Shown here one piece after another: positions 47,840 to 58,786 of a stretch of DNA of 64,000 nucleotides. The position numbers and the translations under genes were made by a program. Every line of letters starts with the position of its first letter. Position 1 is the first letter of the stretch. The notes below the pieces were generated by a model that saw only the letters and a program-made list of their open reading frames with translations, was not told the origin of the DNA and did not search any database. This DNA comes from an uncultured Clostridia bacterium. Lineage in GTDB: Bacteria > Bacillota > Clostridia > Christensenellales > Borkfalkiaceae. The DNA lies in NCBI GenBank assembly GCA_947627665.1, contig CANQWX010000007.1, forward strand, positions 16,845 to 80,844. Reading direction: 5' to 3'.

Positions 47840-49906
47840 ATGATGAAGAAAACAAACATCTGGAACAGAATGTCGGCATGGCTTTTGGCTTTCCTCATTC
47901 TCGCATTCGCCTTCCTCGTCCTCGGTCTGGGGACTCTCGGCTCCGTCCTCTCTACGGGCGACGCCTACGCCCTCTCCGCCAAGCGGGATACCGACGGGAA
48001 AGAGCCTTGCATCATGCTCCAAATCTCCGAACCCGACGACGCGACCTATTTGGACGCAAACGGGGAAGAGCAACCGCGCGATCTCTATATCAAAGAGATC
48101 TACTGCAACATCGGCGCCATTTACGGCGAATACGGCGAAGTCACAACGCTGCGGCTCGGCCGCTCCACCACCGCGGGAGGCACCTTCTATAACTACGCGG
48201 ATATCAAGTTCGCCAACCGTTACGAAGAGGTCGCAGAGGACGGAAAATCGAGCAATCCCATCACCGCGTCCCTCTACAATTGGGCGAAATACACCGTCAC
48301 GTCCACAGACGGCTGGCGGATCAGGACCTATCCCTTCTACAAGATCACCATCCCGGATAGCGGCAGCAGCATGCTCATCAACGAGATCGTGTTCGTCGCC
48401 AACGACAGAGATCTCACCGCGGAGGGGGAACATAAGCCCGTCGTTCTTCGTCCCACCGTGTATTCGGACGGCACGAACGGCACCCTTCTGCCCTACGACG
48501 CGGAGAAGGGCGAAACGTTGCAGACGGCGATCGACCGCGCGAGTGCGATCGTGGACAGCCCCCGCCTTCCCAACCTTGCGGAAAGCTCTTTCTTCCGCTT
48601 CGGGGAGGAGGAGATCGATTCGCTTTTGACCGTTTCCGAGATACGGCAGGCAAATTCCTATATCCAGAACGCCGTCTACCACATCGATACGGATTACGGC
48701 GCTTTGGGCAACGGCCTCTTGACGCTCGGAACGTATATCGGCGGAATGAGTCCCTTCGGGCTTCGCCTCATGCCCTTCCTTGCCTCCTTCGGCGTGCTCG
48801 TGCTCGGCTTCCTCTTCGTGCGCAAGCTGACGGGCAGTGACAAAGCGGGCTTTGTGTTCGCTGTGCTCTATGCGCTTTGCGGCGTGAGCATCAGCCTCGG
48901 ACACCTCGGCACGCCCCTCATGTTCGGTGTATTCTTCTTCACCGCGGCGCTCTACTTCGTCACGGTGTTCTTCCGTGACGGCATGAAGAAGGCGGACTTC
49001 CTCTCCGCGGTGCCGCCCATGCTTGCGGGCCTGTTTTCCGCGGCGGCGGTCTGTGTGAACAGCGCCTTCCTCATCCCCGTGCTCGGCATCGTGGGACTGT
49101 TCGTGCTCGGGCTTGTGCGCCAGCTGCGTTTGACCCGTGCGGCGCTCGACGCCGCCATCGGAGAGGTGGAAGCGGACGAGAGCGCGGGCGGGACCCCTCA
49201 TACCCAGGAGGGGACTTCCGGGCCGAGAAAACGGCTTGCCGTCGCCCTCAAGGAGCACCGCTTCAAGGGAAGCGTTTCCGCTTGCGTTTTCTTCGCCTTC
49301 CTCGTATTCGGGTTCCTGGTCATCTCCATGCTCGCGGCGCTGCCCATGTACTTCCCGAAGTTTTACGGGGACCCCGCGGCTCCTTCCAACGATCCCTTCT
49401 ACTTCATTGCGAAGACATTCTGCGGCGGCTTTACGGGAGCGAAGGATACGTTTGCGCCGCAGTCGGTTTGGAGTCCCTTCTATATTCTGTTCAAAGGCAC
49501 GGGAGTGCCCGCAGGCGTGACGGCAGCGGGTTCGCTCATTGCGGCCGCCGCCCTCCTTTCGGGGCTTGCCGGCGCCGTGTTCGCGCTTCTTTCCCTCGTG
49601 CGCAAGAAGGGAAGCGAGGACTTCCCGAAGGAACTTGTTACCGTGCTCATTCCGCTCGCCGGCATCGTGCTCGGGCTTGTGACCGCCGCGTTCGCCAAAG
49701 ACGGGCTTGCCTTTATGACGCTCGCTTACGTCTGCCTGTTTGCGCTCGGCGCAAAGGGCGCTTGCGTGGAGGACGGACCTTACGCGAAGATCGTCCGCAT
49801 CCTCTCGATCGTCTGTCTTTTCTTGCTCGCAGTGTGCTTCGGCCTCTTTGCCGTGTTCACCTTCTCCATTCCCACTTCGGGCTTTATGGCGGGGCTTTGG
49901 GCATAA
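47840..49906 (+). CDS. Polytopic membrane protein, GT-C/PMT(GT39)-like glycosyltransferase fold, with an N-terminal extracytoplasmic jelly-roll-like domain
   Basis: An N-terminal TM segment is followed by a ~250 aa ectodomain and about 10 TM segments. The segment ...YGALGNGLLTLGTYIGGMSPFGLRLMPFLASFGVLVLGFLFVRKLTGS... resembles the first loop and TM region of bacterial PMT-family enzymes. Function was not verified. Confidence 0.45.
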   Translation: MMKKTNIWNRMSAWLLAFLILAFAFLVLGLGTLGSVLSTGDAYALSAKRDTDGKEPCIMLQISEPDDATYLDANGEEQPRDLYIKEIYCNIGAIYGEYGEVTTLRLGRSTTAGGTFYNYADIKFANRYEEVAEDGKSSNPITASLYNWAKYTVTSTDGWRIRTYPFYKITIPDSGSSMLINEIVFVANDRDLTAEGEHKPVVLRPTVYSDGTNGTLLPYDAEKGETLQTAIDRASAIVDSPRLPNLAESSFFRFGEEEIDSLLTVSEIRQANSYIQNAVYHIDTDYGALGNGLLTLGTYIGGMSPFGLRLMPFLASFGVLVLGFLFVRKLTGSDKAGFVFAVLYALCGVSISLGHLGTPLMFGVFFFTAALYFVTVFFRDGMKKADFLSAVPPMLAGLFSAAAVCVNSAFLIPVLGIVGLFVLGLVRQLRLTRAALDAAIGEVEADESAGGTPHTQEGTSGPRKRLAVALKEHRFKGSVSACVFFAFLVFGFLVISMLAALPMYFPKFYGDPAAPSNDPFYFIAKTFCGGFTGAKDTFAPQSVWSPFYILFKGTGVPAGVTAAGSLIAAAALLSGLAGAVFALLSLVRKKGSEDFPKELVTVLIPLAGIVLGLVTAAFAKDGLAFMTLAYVCLFALGAKGACVEDGPYAKIVRILSIVCLFLLAVCFGLFAVFTFSIPTSGFMAGLWA

Positions 49907-49942
49907 GGACGGAACCTACGCGGGATCTGCAAGGGGAAAAAT

Positions 49943-51463
49943 ATGATCGCAAAAATCATCTGTTATGCGCTGTCCGGGCTGGACGGGATCCCCGTCGAGG
50001 TGGAAACGGACATCAACCGTGGCGTGCCCTCCTACGACATGGTCGGGCTGCCCGATACCGCGGTGAAGGAGTCCAAGGAACGGGTGCGCTCGGCGCTCAA
50101 AAACAGCGGGCTTCTCTTCCCCATGAACAGGATCACCATCAATTTCGCGCCCGCCGATCTCAAAAAGGAGGGAGCTTCCTTCGACCTCGCCATTGCGGTC
50201 AGCCTGCTCAAGGCGAGCGAACAGCTCATCGGCGCGGATGTGGCGGACACCGTCTTTTTGGGCGAACTCGCCCTCAACGGGGACCTTCGTCCGATCAGCG
50301 GGTTGCTGCCCATCCTCATTTCGGCAAAGGGGCACGGCTTTACGCGGTTCATCATTCCCGCCGCCAACGCCAAAGAGGCGCGTTTTTTGGGCGGAGCGGA
50401 GATCTATCCCGCGGAAAATTTGCTCGGCGTGGTCAAGCATCTCGTCGGGCTTGAGCCGATCGAGCCGCTCGAAACGGCGGAATTCACCGCCGAAAAGTGG
50501 CAGTGCTCTTCGGCAGACCTCAAATATGTCAAGGGCCAGCCGATGGCGCGGCGGGCGATCGAGATCGCCGTGGCGGGCGGGCACAACCTGCTCATGGTAG
50601 GCCCTCCCGGAACGGGCAAGACCATGCTCGCGCGGTGCATTCCCACCATCATGCCCGACCTCAGCTTCCAAGAGGCGCTCGAGATCACCAAGATCCACTC
50701 GGTGGCGGGTATTTTGGGAGAGGAGGGCATCGTGACCGAACGTCCCTTCCGTACCCCGCACCACACGGCGACGACCGTGTCGATGTGCGGCGGCGGGAAC
50801 CGCGTCGTCCACCCCGGGGAGATCTCTCTTGCCCACGGCGGCGTGCTCTTTCTGGACGAGCTACCCGAATATAAGCGTTCCACGCTCGAGGCGCTCCGCC
50901 AGCCCCTCGAGGACGGGAAAATTTCCGTGTCCCGCGCAGGCGGGACCTTTACCTATCCCTCCCGCTTCATGCTCTGCGCGAGCATGAACCCCTGCCCTTG
51001 CGGGAACTACGGCTCCGCCAATCTCGTGTGCACTTGCACACCCGCGGAGATCAGGCGGTACCGCAGGAAGATCTCGGGGCCGCTGCTCGACAGGATCGAC
51101 TTGCAGGTGGAGGTGGACAACATCTCTTACGACGAGCTCACCTCGGGCGAAAAACAGGAAGGCTCCAAGGAAGTGAAGGAGCGGGTGAACATGGCGCGGA
51201 AGATCCAGCGCAACCGCTTCTCCGAATATAAACTCAATACTAATGCGGAGATGGGGGAGAGGGAGATCGAGGAGTTCTGCAACCTCGACGCCGAGAGCGA
51301 AAAGATCTTGCGCAGCGCCTTCGAACGCATGAAGCTTTCCGCGCGGGCGCGGGCGCGCATCATCAAGGTGTCCCGCACCATCGCCGACCTCGACGGATGC
51401 GAAAATATCCGTCCCAAACATGTTTTCGAGGCGGTTTCTTACCGTCTTGAGGATAAATTCTGA
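49943..51463 (+). CDS. comM: YifB/ComM-family Mg-chelatase-like AAA+ ATPase
   Basis: It has an N-terminal Lon-protease-like domain, Walker A GPPGTGKTM, LFLDELPE, and a C-terminal ChlI-type region. Confidence 0.92.
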   Translation: MIAKIICYALSGLDGIPVEVETDINRGVPSYDMVGLPDTAVKESKERVRSALKNSGLLFPMNRITINFAPADLKKEGASFDLAIAVSLLKASEQLIGADVADTVFLGELALNGDLRPISGLLPILISAKGHGFTRFIIPAANAKEARFLGGAEIYPAENLLGVVKHLVGLEPIEPLETAEFTAEKWQCSSADLKYVKGQPMARRAIEIAVAGGHNLLMVGPPGTGKTMLARCIPTIMPDLSFQEALEITKIHSVAGILGEEGIVTERPFRTPHHTATTVSMCGGGNRVVHPGEISLAHGGVLFLDELPEYKRSTLEALRQPLEDGKISVSRAGGTFTYPSRFMLCASMNPCPCGNYGSANLVCTCTPAEIRRYRRKISGPLLDRIDLQVEVDNISYDELTSGEKQEGSKEVKERVNMARKIQRNRFSEYKLNTNAEMGEREIEEFCNLDAESEKILRSAFERMKLSARARARIIKVSRTIADLDGCENIRPKHVFEAVSYRLEDKF

Positions 51464-52527
51464 TGGCAAGTTACACCAAAGAGGAACAGGCGCTCATCTG
51501 GCTGTGCGGCTGTACGGAGCTGGAACCGCGGGAACGGGTGCTTTTGCTGCGTGCGGCAGGGTCGCCCGTGGCGCTCTTCGAACGCTTCGAATTTTTTTCC
51601 GAAAAGGTCTTGGGAAGCCGCGCGGCGTGCGATCTTGCGGAGCGCAGACGCAGTCTTGACGCGCTTCTTGCGGAGGCGGAGGAAAAGGGCTATTTTGCGC
51701 TGACGGTGTTGAGCGAAGGCTATCCCGAGGCGCTCAAAGCGTCCTTTCCGCCCCTTGTCCTCTTCGGCGCGGGGAAGCGGGAATTGCTCCGCGAGGAGCT
51801 ATTCTGCATCGTCGGCTCCCGCGTTACGCCGCCGTGGGCGGTGAAACTCGGCACGGACATCGCCGCAAGGCTGTCGGAACGGTTCGCGGTCGTGACGGGG
51901 CTTGCCGAGGGCGGGGACCTGTCGGCCGTGCGCGGGGCGCTCCCGCGCGGGAAGATCGTGAGCGTGCTCCCCTGCGGGCTGGATGAATGCTATCCCGCCG
52001 CGCATGCCTCCGTCAAGGAGGAGATCATAAGATCGGGGCTGTTGTTGAGCGAATATCCCTTCCGCGAAAAGACGAGAAAATACTCCTTCCATGCCCGCAA
52101 CCGCATTTTAGCGGGTCTTTGCAAGGGAGTGCTCGTCCTGTCGGCGGGGGAGAAGAGCGGCGCGCTCATCACCGCCAACACCGCGCTCGAATACGGCAGA
52201 GATGTGTTCGCCGTGCCCTATAACCCCGGGATCGCGCAGGGCATCGGCTGCAACGAATTGCTCAAACGGGGCGCTTATGTGTGCACGGGCGCACAGGACA
52301 TCTTTGATTGCTACGGCATCGTGCCGCAGGAGGAGAAAACGGTGCCGCTCGCACCCGAAGAGGAGAGGCTGTACGGCATTCTCCGCGAGGAGGGAGAGTT
52401 GCATACCGCGGTGCTCGCCGAACGCGCGGGGCTTCCCGTCTATGAAACGGCGGCGGTGCTCTCCGCGCTCGAACTCAAGGGGCTTGTCGTAAAGGCGGGC
52501 GGAAACCGCTATAGCTGCGTAAAATAA
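51463..52527 (+). CDS. dprA: DNA-processing protein DprA (Smf)
   Basis: The Rossmann core is IVGSR...GLAEGGD...R.RIL.GL...VV.AGEKSGALITA..A.EYGRDVFAVP. Its position after comM and before topA is the conserved one. Confidence 0.9.
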   Translation: MASYTKEEQALIWLCGCTELEPRERVLLLRAAGSPVALFERFEFFSEKVLGSRAACDLAERRRSLDALLAEAEEKGYFALTVLSEGYPEALKASFPPLVLFGAGKRELLREELFCIVGSRVTPPWAVKLGTDIAARLSERFAVVTGLAEGGDLSAVRGALPRGKIVSVLPCGLDECYPAAHASVKEEIIRSGLLLSEYPFREKTRKYSFHARNRILAGLCKGVLVLSAGEKSGALITANTALEYGRDVFAVPYNPGIAQGIGCNELLKRGAYVCTGAQDIFDCYGIVPQEEKTVPLAPEEERLYGILREEGELHTAVLAERAGLPVYETAAVLSALELKGLVVKAGGNRYSCVK

Positions 52528-52595
52528 AAACGGGTTCGCCGTTCCGCGGTATGCTGCGGACAGGGCGTTATTTTCCGAATAGACAGAGGTAGGAT

Positions 52596-54827
52596 ATGGA
52601 TCTCATCATCGTAGAGTCGCCGAGCAAGGCGAAAACAATTTCCAAATATCTCAAGGGCAAGTACCGCGTGGACGCCTCGGGCGGACATATCCGTGACCTG
52701 CCGCAGAAAAAGCTCGGCGTTTCCGTTTCGCAGAACTTCGAGCCGCAGTACGTCACTTCCCCCGGGAAGGAGGAGACCATCAAACGCCTTGCGGAGGAAA
52801 CAAGGAAGGCGGGCAAAGTGTATCTTGCGACCGACCCCGACCGCGAGGGCGAGGCGATCTCCTGGCATTTGCAGACCGTGCTCGGGCTGGACGCCGAAAA
52901 GGAGAACCGGATCGAATTCAACGAGATCTCCCCGAAGGCGGTGCAGCGCGCGCTCGAACATCCTCGCAGGATCGATTATAACCTCGTGGACGCCCAGCAG
53001 GCGCGCCGCGTTCTCGACAGGCTCGTGGGCTATAAGCTCTCGCCCCTGCTCAACAATAAGATCCAAAACGGGCTTTCGGCGGGCAGGGTGCAGTCGGTCG
53101 CCCTCCGCCTCGTCGTGGACAGGGAGCGCGAGATCCAGTCGTTCCGGCCCGAAGAATATTGGACGATCTCGGCGGATTTGCAGGACGGGGCGAAGAAGTT
53201 CCCCGCCTTCAAAGCCTTTCTCGAAAAGCAGGGGGGCAAGAAGTGCAAGATCTCCTCGAAGGAACAGGCGGACGCCGCGCTCGCCGCGCTCGCAAGCGGG
53301 AAATACACCGTTGCCGCGGTCAAGCGGGGCGTTACCAAATCGCACGCGCCCGCTCCCTTCACTACGAGCACACTGCAACAGGACGCCTCCAATAAACTCG
53401 GCATGACCGCCCCCGAAACGATGCTCATGGCGCAGCATCTCTATGAGGGCATCGACGTGGAAGGGGAGGGGCATATCGCCTTCGTCACCTATATCCGTAC
53501 CGACTCCACGCGCGTTTCCACCGACGCACAGGCGGCGGCCCTCTCCTATATCGCCGAGAAATACGGCAAGGAGTACTGCCCCGCAAAGCCCAATTATTAC
53601 GCCTCCAAGAAGGGCGCGCAGGACGCGCACGAGGCGATCCGTCCCATCGATCTCAACCTTACGCCCGAGCTTGCCAAAAAGATGCTCGACCGCAAGCATT
53701 TCAACGTTTATAAGCTCATCTACGAGCGCTTTATCGCCTCGCAGATGGCGGAAGCACAGTACGACTCCATGCAGATCGAGCTTGCCAACGGCAGCTACGG
53801 GCTTCGCGCGGGAGGCAGGGCGCTGCGTTTTGCAGGCTATACCGCCGTCTATCAGGACTATAAAAAAGAGGACGACGAGGAGGCAAGCCCTCTGCTGCCC
53901 CCGCTCAAAGAGGGGGACATGCCGGTTTCGCTCGGCGAAAAAGGGGAGCAGAAGTTCACCAAGCCGCCCGTCCGCTATACCGACGCCTCGCTCGTTAAGG
54001 CGATGGAGGACAAGGGCATCGGGCGGCCTTCCACCTATGCCTCCATCATCTCCGTGCTCAACAAGCGCAAATACGTCACGAAGGACGGCAAGTACATGCA
54101 GCCGACCGAGGTCGCCTACCGCATCACCGATATGCTCGTGAAATACTTCACCGACGTGATGGACGTCGGCTTTACCGCCGACATGGAGGAGAAGCTCGAT
54201 GAGATCGAGGAGGGCGGCAAGGATTGGCATTCCATCATCGCCGCGTTCTATCCCCCGTTTGAAGAAAAACTGCGCTTTGCAAGTTCCGACGGCGACGAGA
54301 TCACGGACATTCTCTGCGAAAAGTGCGGCCGTCCCATGGTGCGCAAGAGCGGGAAGTACGGCAAATATCTCGCCTGCACGGGCTACCCCGCCTGCTCCAA
54401 CATCATCAGCGAGGGGGAGGTGGAGGTCACCGATACCCTTTGCCCCAAATGCGGTGCCCGCATGACGGTAAAAACGGGGCGCTACGGGAAGTTCCTCGCC
54501 TGCCCCAATTATCCCTCCTGCAAGTCCACGCTCCCGTTCGAGGAGGAAAAGAAGGAAACGGTCTACGAGGGCGTCTGCCCCGACTGCGGCAAGCCGACGA
54601 AACGGCTCTTCTCCCGCACGGGAAAGCCCTATTACGGTTGCAGCGGCTATCCCGCTTGCAAGTTCATGAGCTGGGACGTCCCCACGGGACAGAAGTGCCC
54701 CAACTGCGGCTCGGCGCTCGTTTCCACCCCCAAGGGCACCGTAAAATGCTCCAACCGCGAATGTTCTTACCGCCCCGATAAACCCGAAAAGACGGCGAAA
54801 CGCACCGCCAAAAAGGAAAAGGCGTGA
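52596..54827 (+). CDS. topA: DNA topoisomerase I (type IA) with C-terminal zinc ribbons
   Basis: The TOPRIM start is LIIVESPSKAKTI, with DPDREGEAISWH and the active-site region TYIRTDS. Several CxxC...CxxC fingers lie at the C-terminus. Confidence 0.96.
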   Translation: MDLIIVESPSKAKTISKYLKGKYRVDASGGHIRDLPQKKLGVSVSQNFEPQYVTSPGKEETIKRLAEETRKAGKVYLATDPDREGEAISWHLQTVLGLDAEKENRIEFNEISPKAVQRALEHPRRIDYNLVDAQQARRVLDRLVGYKLSPLLNNKIQNGLSAGRVQSVALRLVVDREREIQSFRPEEYWTISADLQDGAKKFPAFKAFLEKQGGKKCKISSKEQADAALAALASGKYTVAAVKRGVTKSHAPAPFTTSTLQQDASNKLGMTAPETMLMAQHLYEGIDVEGEGHIAFVTYIRTDSTRVSTDAQAAALSYIAEKYGKEYCPAKPNYYASKKGAQDAHEAIRPIDLNLTPELAKKMLDRKHFNVYKLIYERFIASQMAEAQYDSMQIELANGSYGLRAGGRALRFAGYTAVYQDYKKEDDEEASPLLPPLKEGDMPVSLGEKGEQKFTKPPVRYTDASLVKAMEDKGIGRPSTYASIISVLNKRKYVTKDGKYMQPTEVAYRITDMLVKYFTDVMDVGFTADMEEKLDEIEEGGKDWHSIIAAFYPPFEEKLRFASSDGDEITDILCEKCGRPMVRKSGKYGKYLACTGYPACSNIISEGEVEVTDTLCPKCGARMTVKTGRYGKFLACPNYPSCKSTLPFEEEKKETVYEGVCPDCGKPTKRLFSRTGKPYYGCSGYPACKFMSWDVPTGQKCPNCGSALVSTPKGTVKCSNRECSYRPDKPEKTAKRTAKKEKA

Positions 54828-56104
54828 TCGTCGTCGGCGCGGGGCTTGCGGGGTGCGAAGCCGCCTACTTTTTAGGCAGCCGCGGCGTGGACGTGGAGCT
54901 TTGGGAGATGAAGCCGAAAAAGTTCACGCCCGCCCACAGCAGCGAGGGCTTCGCGGAGCTTGTGTGCTCCAATTCGCTCAAAAGCGACGATATTTACGGC
55001 AACGCCTGCGGCTTGTTGAAAGAGGAGATGCGGCGGCTCGGCTCGCTTACCATGCGGGCGGCGGAGGTTTCCCGCGTTCCCGCGGGCGGCGCGCTCGCCG
55101 TGGACCGCGAAAAATTTTCGGCTTATGTCACCGAAAACATCCGCGCATGTAAGCATATCACCGTGAAATGCGGGGAAGTATGCGCGCTGCCGCAAGCGGG
55201 GATCGTCGCCACGGGTCCGCTCACCTCGGACGCGCTCATGCGGGACATCGAAGAAAAATTCGGCTCGCAGCACTTTTTCGACGCGTCCGCGCCCATCGTT
55301 TCGGCGGAGAGCGTCGACCGCGAAAAGACCTTCACCGCCGACCGCTACGGCAACGGCACGGGGGACTATCTCAACTGCCCGCTCACGGAGGAGGAATACA
55401 AACTCTTTGTGCGGGAACTGCTCGGCGCGGAACGCGCAAAACTGCATACGTTTGAAAAAAACGAGATATTCGAAGGGTGTATGCCCTTGGAAGTGATGGC
55501 GGCGCGGGGAGAAGATACCCTGCGCTTCGGCACATTTAAGCCCGTGGGGCTTTCGGACGGCGGCGGAAAGCGCCCCTATGCCGTGTTGCAGCTGCGAAAA
55601 GAGAACGCGGAGGGGACGATGTACGGGCTGGTGGGCTGCCAGACGAACCTCAAATTCGGCGAGCAGAAGAGGGTGTTCTCCCTCATTCCCGCCCTGCGCG
55701 GCGCGGAATTTTTGCGCTACGGCGTGATGCACCGCAATTCCTATCTGCGTTCGCCCGAAGTGTTGAACGCCGATTTTTCGGTCAAAACGCAAAACGGGTT
55801 GTATTTTGCGGGACAGCTCACGGGGGTGGAGGGGTACGTCGAGAGCGCCATGAGCGGACTTCTTTCCGCCATCCACGTCTGGAATGCGCTCAACGGGCGG
55901 CAGAGCCGCGTACCCGAGGACACCTCGGTGTGTGGGGCGCTTTCCCGCTATATCGCAACCCCCAACAAGCATTTCGAGCCGATGAACGCAAATTACGGCA
56001 TCCTCCGCCCGCTCGACGTGCGCGACAAAAAGGAAAAACGCCGCCAAATGGCGGAACGGGCGCTTGCGGAGATCGAAAATTTCAAGGCCTATTGCGGAAT
56101 TTGA
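54824..56104 (+). CDS. trmFO: Methylenetetrahydrofolate--tRNA-(uracil-5-)-methyltransferase TrmFO
   Basis: GTG start overlapping the topA stop. VVGAGLAGCEAAYFL, ELVCSNS and GQLTGVEGYVES are present. Position follows topA. Confidence 0.9.
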   Translation: MIVVGAGLAGCEAAYFLGSRGVDVELWEMKPKKFTPAHSSEGFAELVCSNSLKSDDIYGNACGLLKEEMRRLGSLTMRAAEVSRVPAGGALAVDREKFSAYVTENIRACKHITVKCGEVCALPQAGIVATGPLTSDALMRDIEEKFGSQHFFDASAPIVSAESVDREKTFTADRYGNGTGDYLNCPLTEEEYKLFVRELLGAERAKLHTFEKNEIFEGCMPLEVMAARGEDTLRFGTFKPVGLSDGGGKRPYAVLQLRKENAEGTMYGLVGCQTNLKFGEQKRVFSLIPALRGAEFLRYGVMHRNSYLRSPEVLNADFSVKTQNGLYFAGQLTGVEGYVESAMSGLLSAIHVWNALNGRQSRVPEDTSVCGALSRYIATPNKHFEPMNANYGILRPLDVRDKKEKRRQMAERALAEIENFKAYCGI

Positions 56105-56188
56105 CGCCCGGTTGCCGTTTTACGGCGGCAAAAACGGGGTATATATAAGAAAATCTCTGCGCCCGCGGGCGTGACAAGGAGAAGCGAG

Positions 56189-56722
56189 ATGGAATTCAGA
56201 GGAACCACGATATGCGCCGTCAAAAAGGACGGCGTGACGGCGATCGCGGGGGACGGACAGGTCACCATGGGCGAGAGCGTCGTCTTTAAGAACAGCGCCG
56301 TAAAAGTGCGCAGGATCTACGGAGGCAAGGTCATTTTGGGCTTTGCGGGGAGCGTTACCGACGCCTTCTCCCTCTCCGAGCGTTTCGAGGGCATGCTCAA
56401 TAAATTTGCAGGTAATCTCATGCGTTCGGCGGTCGAACTTGCCGACCTTTGGCGGAGCGACAAGATCGGCAGAAAGCTCGACGCGATGATGATCACCGCC
56501 GACAAGGACACGCTCCTCATTCTCTCGGGCACGGGGGAGGTCATCGAGCCGGACGAGGGCATCTGCGCCATCGGGAGCGGCGGGAATTACGCCCTTGCGG
56601 CCGCCCGCGCGCTCGCGCAGAACACCGGCTTTTCCGCCGAAGAGATCGCCAGAAAGTCGCTCAAGATCGCAAGCGAGATCTGCGTGTTTACAAACGACCA
56701 TATTATTTGCGAGACCGTATAA
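56189..56722 (+). CDS. hslV: ATP-dependent protease subunit HslV (ClpQ)
   Basis: [15 protein letters not shown] has the N-terminal catalytic Thr context, with GDGQVT and GSGGNYAL. An AAGGAGA RBS precedes ATG 56189. Confidence 0.93.
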   Translation: MEFRGTTICAVKKDGVTAIAGDGQVTMGESVVFKNSAVKVRRIYGGKVILGFAGSVTDAFSLSERFEGMLNKFAGNLMRSAVELADLWRSDKIGRKLDAMMITADKDTLLILSGTGEVIEPDEGICAIGSGGNYALAAARALAQNTGFSAEEIARKSLKIASEICVFTNDHIICETV

Positions 56723-56742
56723 CGCGGGCGGGGTAGGTATCT

Positions 56743-58068
<1,326 letters not shown>

Positions 58069-58069
58069 A

Positions 58070-58290
58070 GGGTTTCGCGCAATTCTTTGCTCCGCCCTTC
58101 GAAGGGGGCAGCTAAGGACACCACACCCGTTTCGCGTTGCTCGGCACCCTCTCCTGAGGAGAGGGCAACAAAACCCCCTCCTGCGGAGGGGGACCAAGGG
58201 GGTGGGCATTTTTCAGAACACGCCCCACACCCCTACCCCTCTCCCACGGAGAGGGTAACGTAGGGAAGCCGAGAAATCTCATCATGATTC
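58070..58290. repeat. Intergenic mosaic of repeat modules downstream of hslU
   Basis: It contains gtttcgcgcaattctttgct (compare 31545), caccctctcctgaggagagggc, CCCCCTCCtgcgGAGGGGGaccaaGGGGGTGGGC (58174-58207), the reverse copy of ccctctccgtgggagaggggtaggggtgtggggcg (58222-58256), and gccgagaaatctc. Confidence 0.85.
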
Positions 58291-58526
58291 ACACGAAGCA
58301 GGAAACGGTTCGGCTCGTTCCGACGATATTTCTTCGAAAAGATCGCAAAATATGGTACCGATCGTATTAAGTCCTACGGAAAAATTTAAGCTCGAAGTGC
58401 CCCGAGAAGAGGTGCGGCTTCCCGAAACAAAGGCAGAATTCGGGGCGATCCTCGATCGCGCCAAGGCGGGGAACGCGGACGCGCAGTATCTCGCCGCGTG
58501 TACTTACCGCCGCGCAGGGGGACGCC

Positions 58527-58775
58527 ATGGCGCTCTATTTCCTCGGCAAATGCTGCGAGGAGGGGACGGGCACGGAACGGAATCCAACGCTCGCCGTTGC
58601 GTTCTATCGGCGGTCCGCCGATTTGGACGATCCTTGGGCGCAGTGTGCGCTCGGCCGCTGCTATGAGCGCGGGATCGGGACGGAAAAAGACATCGACAAA
58701 GCGAGAGAATACTATGCGCTTGCCGCCGAAACGGGCGATGAAGAGGCGCTCGAAACGCTCGGACGGCTTTCATGA
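58527..58775 (+). CDS. Sel1-repeat (TPR-like) protein; probably the 3' part of a longer gene split by a frameshift (see findings)
   Basis: GDAMALYFLGKCCEEGTGTERNPTLAVAFYRRSADLDDPWAQCALGRCYERGIGTEKDIDKAREYY contains two Sel1 units. Confidence 0.6.
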   Translation: MALYFLGKCCEEGTGTERNPTLAVAFYRRSADLDDPWAQCALGRCYERGIGTEKDIDKAREYYALAAETGDEEALETLGRLS

Positions 58776-58786
58776 AGGAGAAAAGG

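Noticed and set aside
58776-58786. T-box leader upstream of hisS
   Set aside because: hisS starts within about 12 nt of the preceding Sel1 gene stop, so there is no room for a T-box. The gene is probably co-transcribed with the Sel1 gene.
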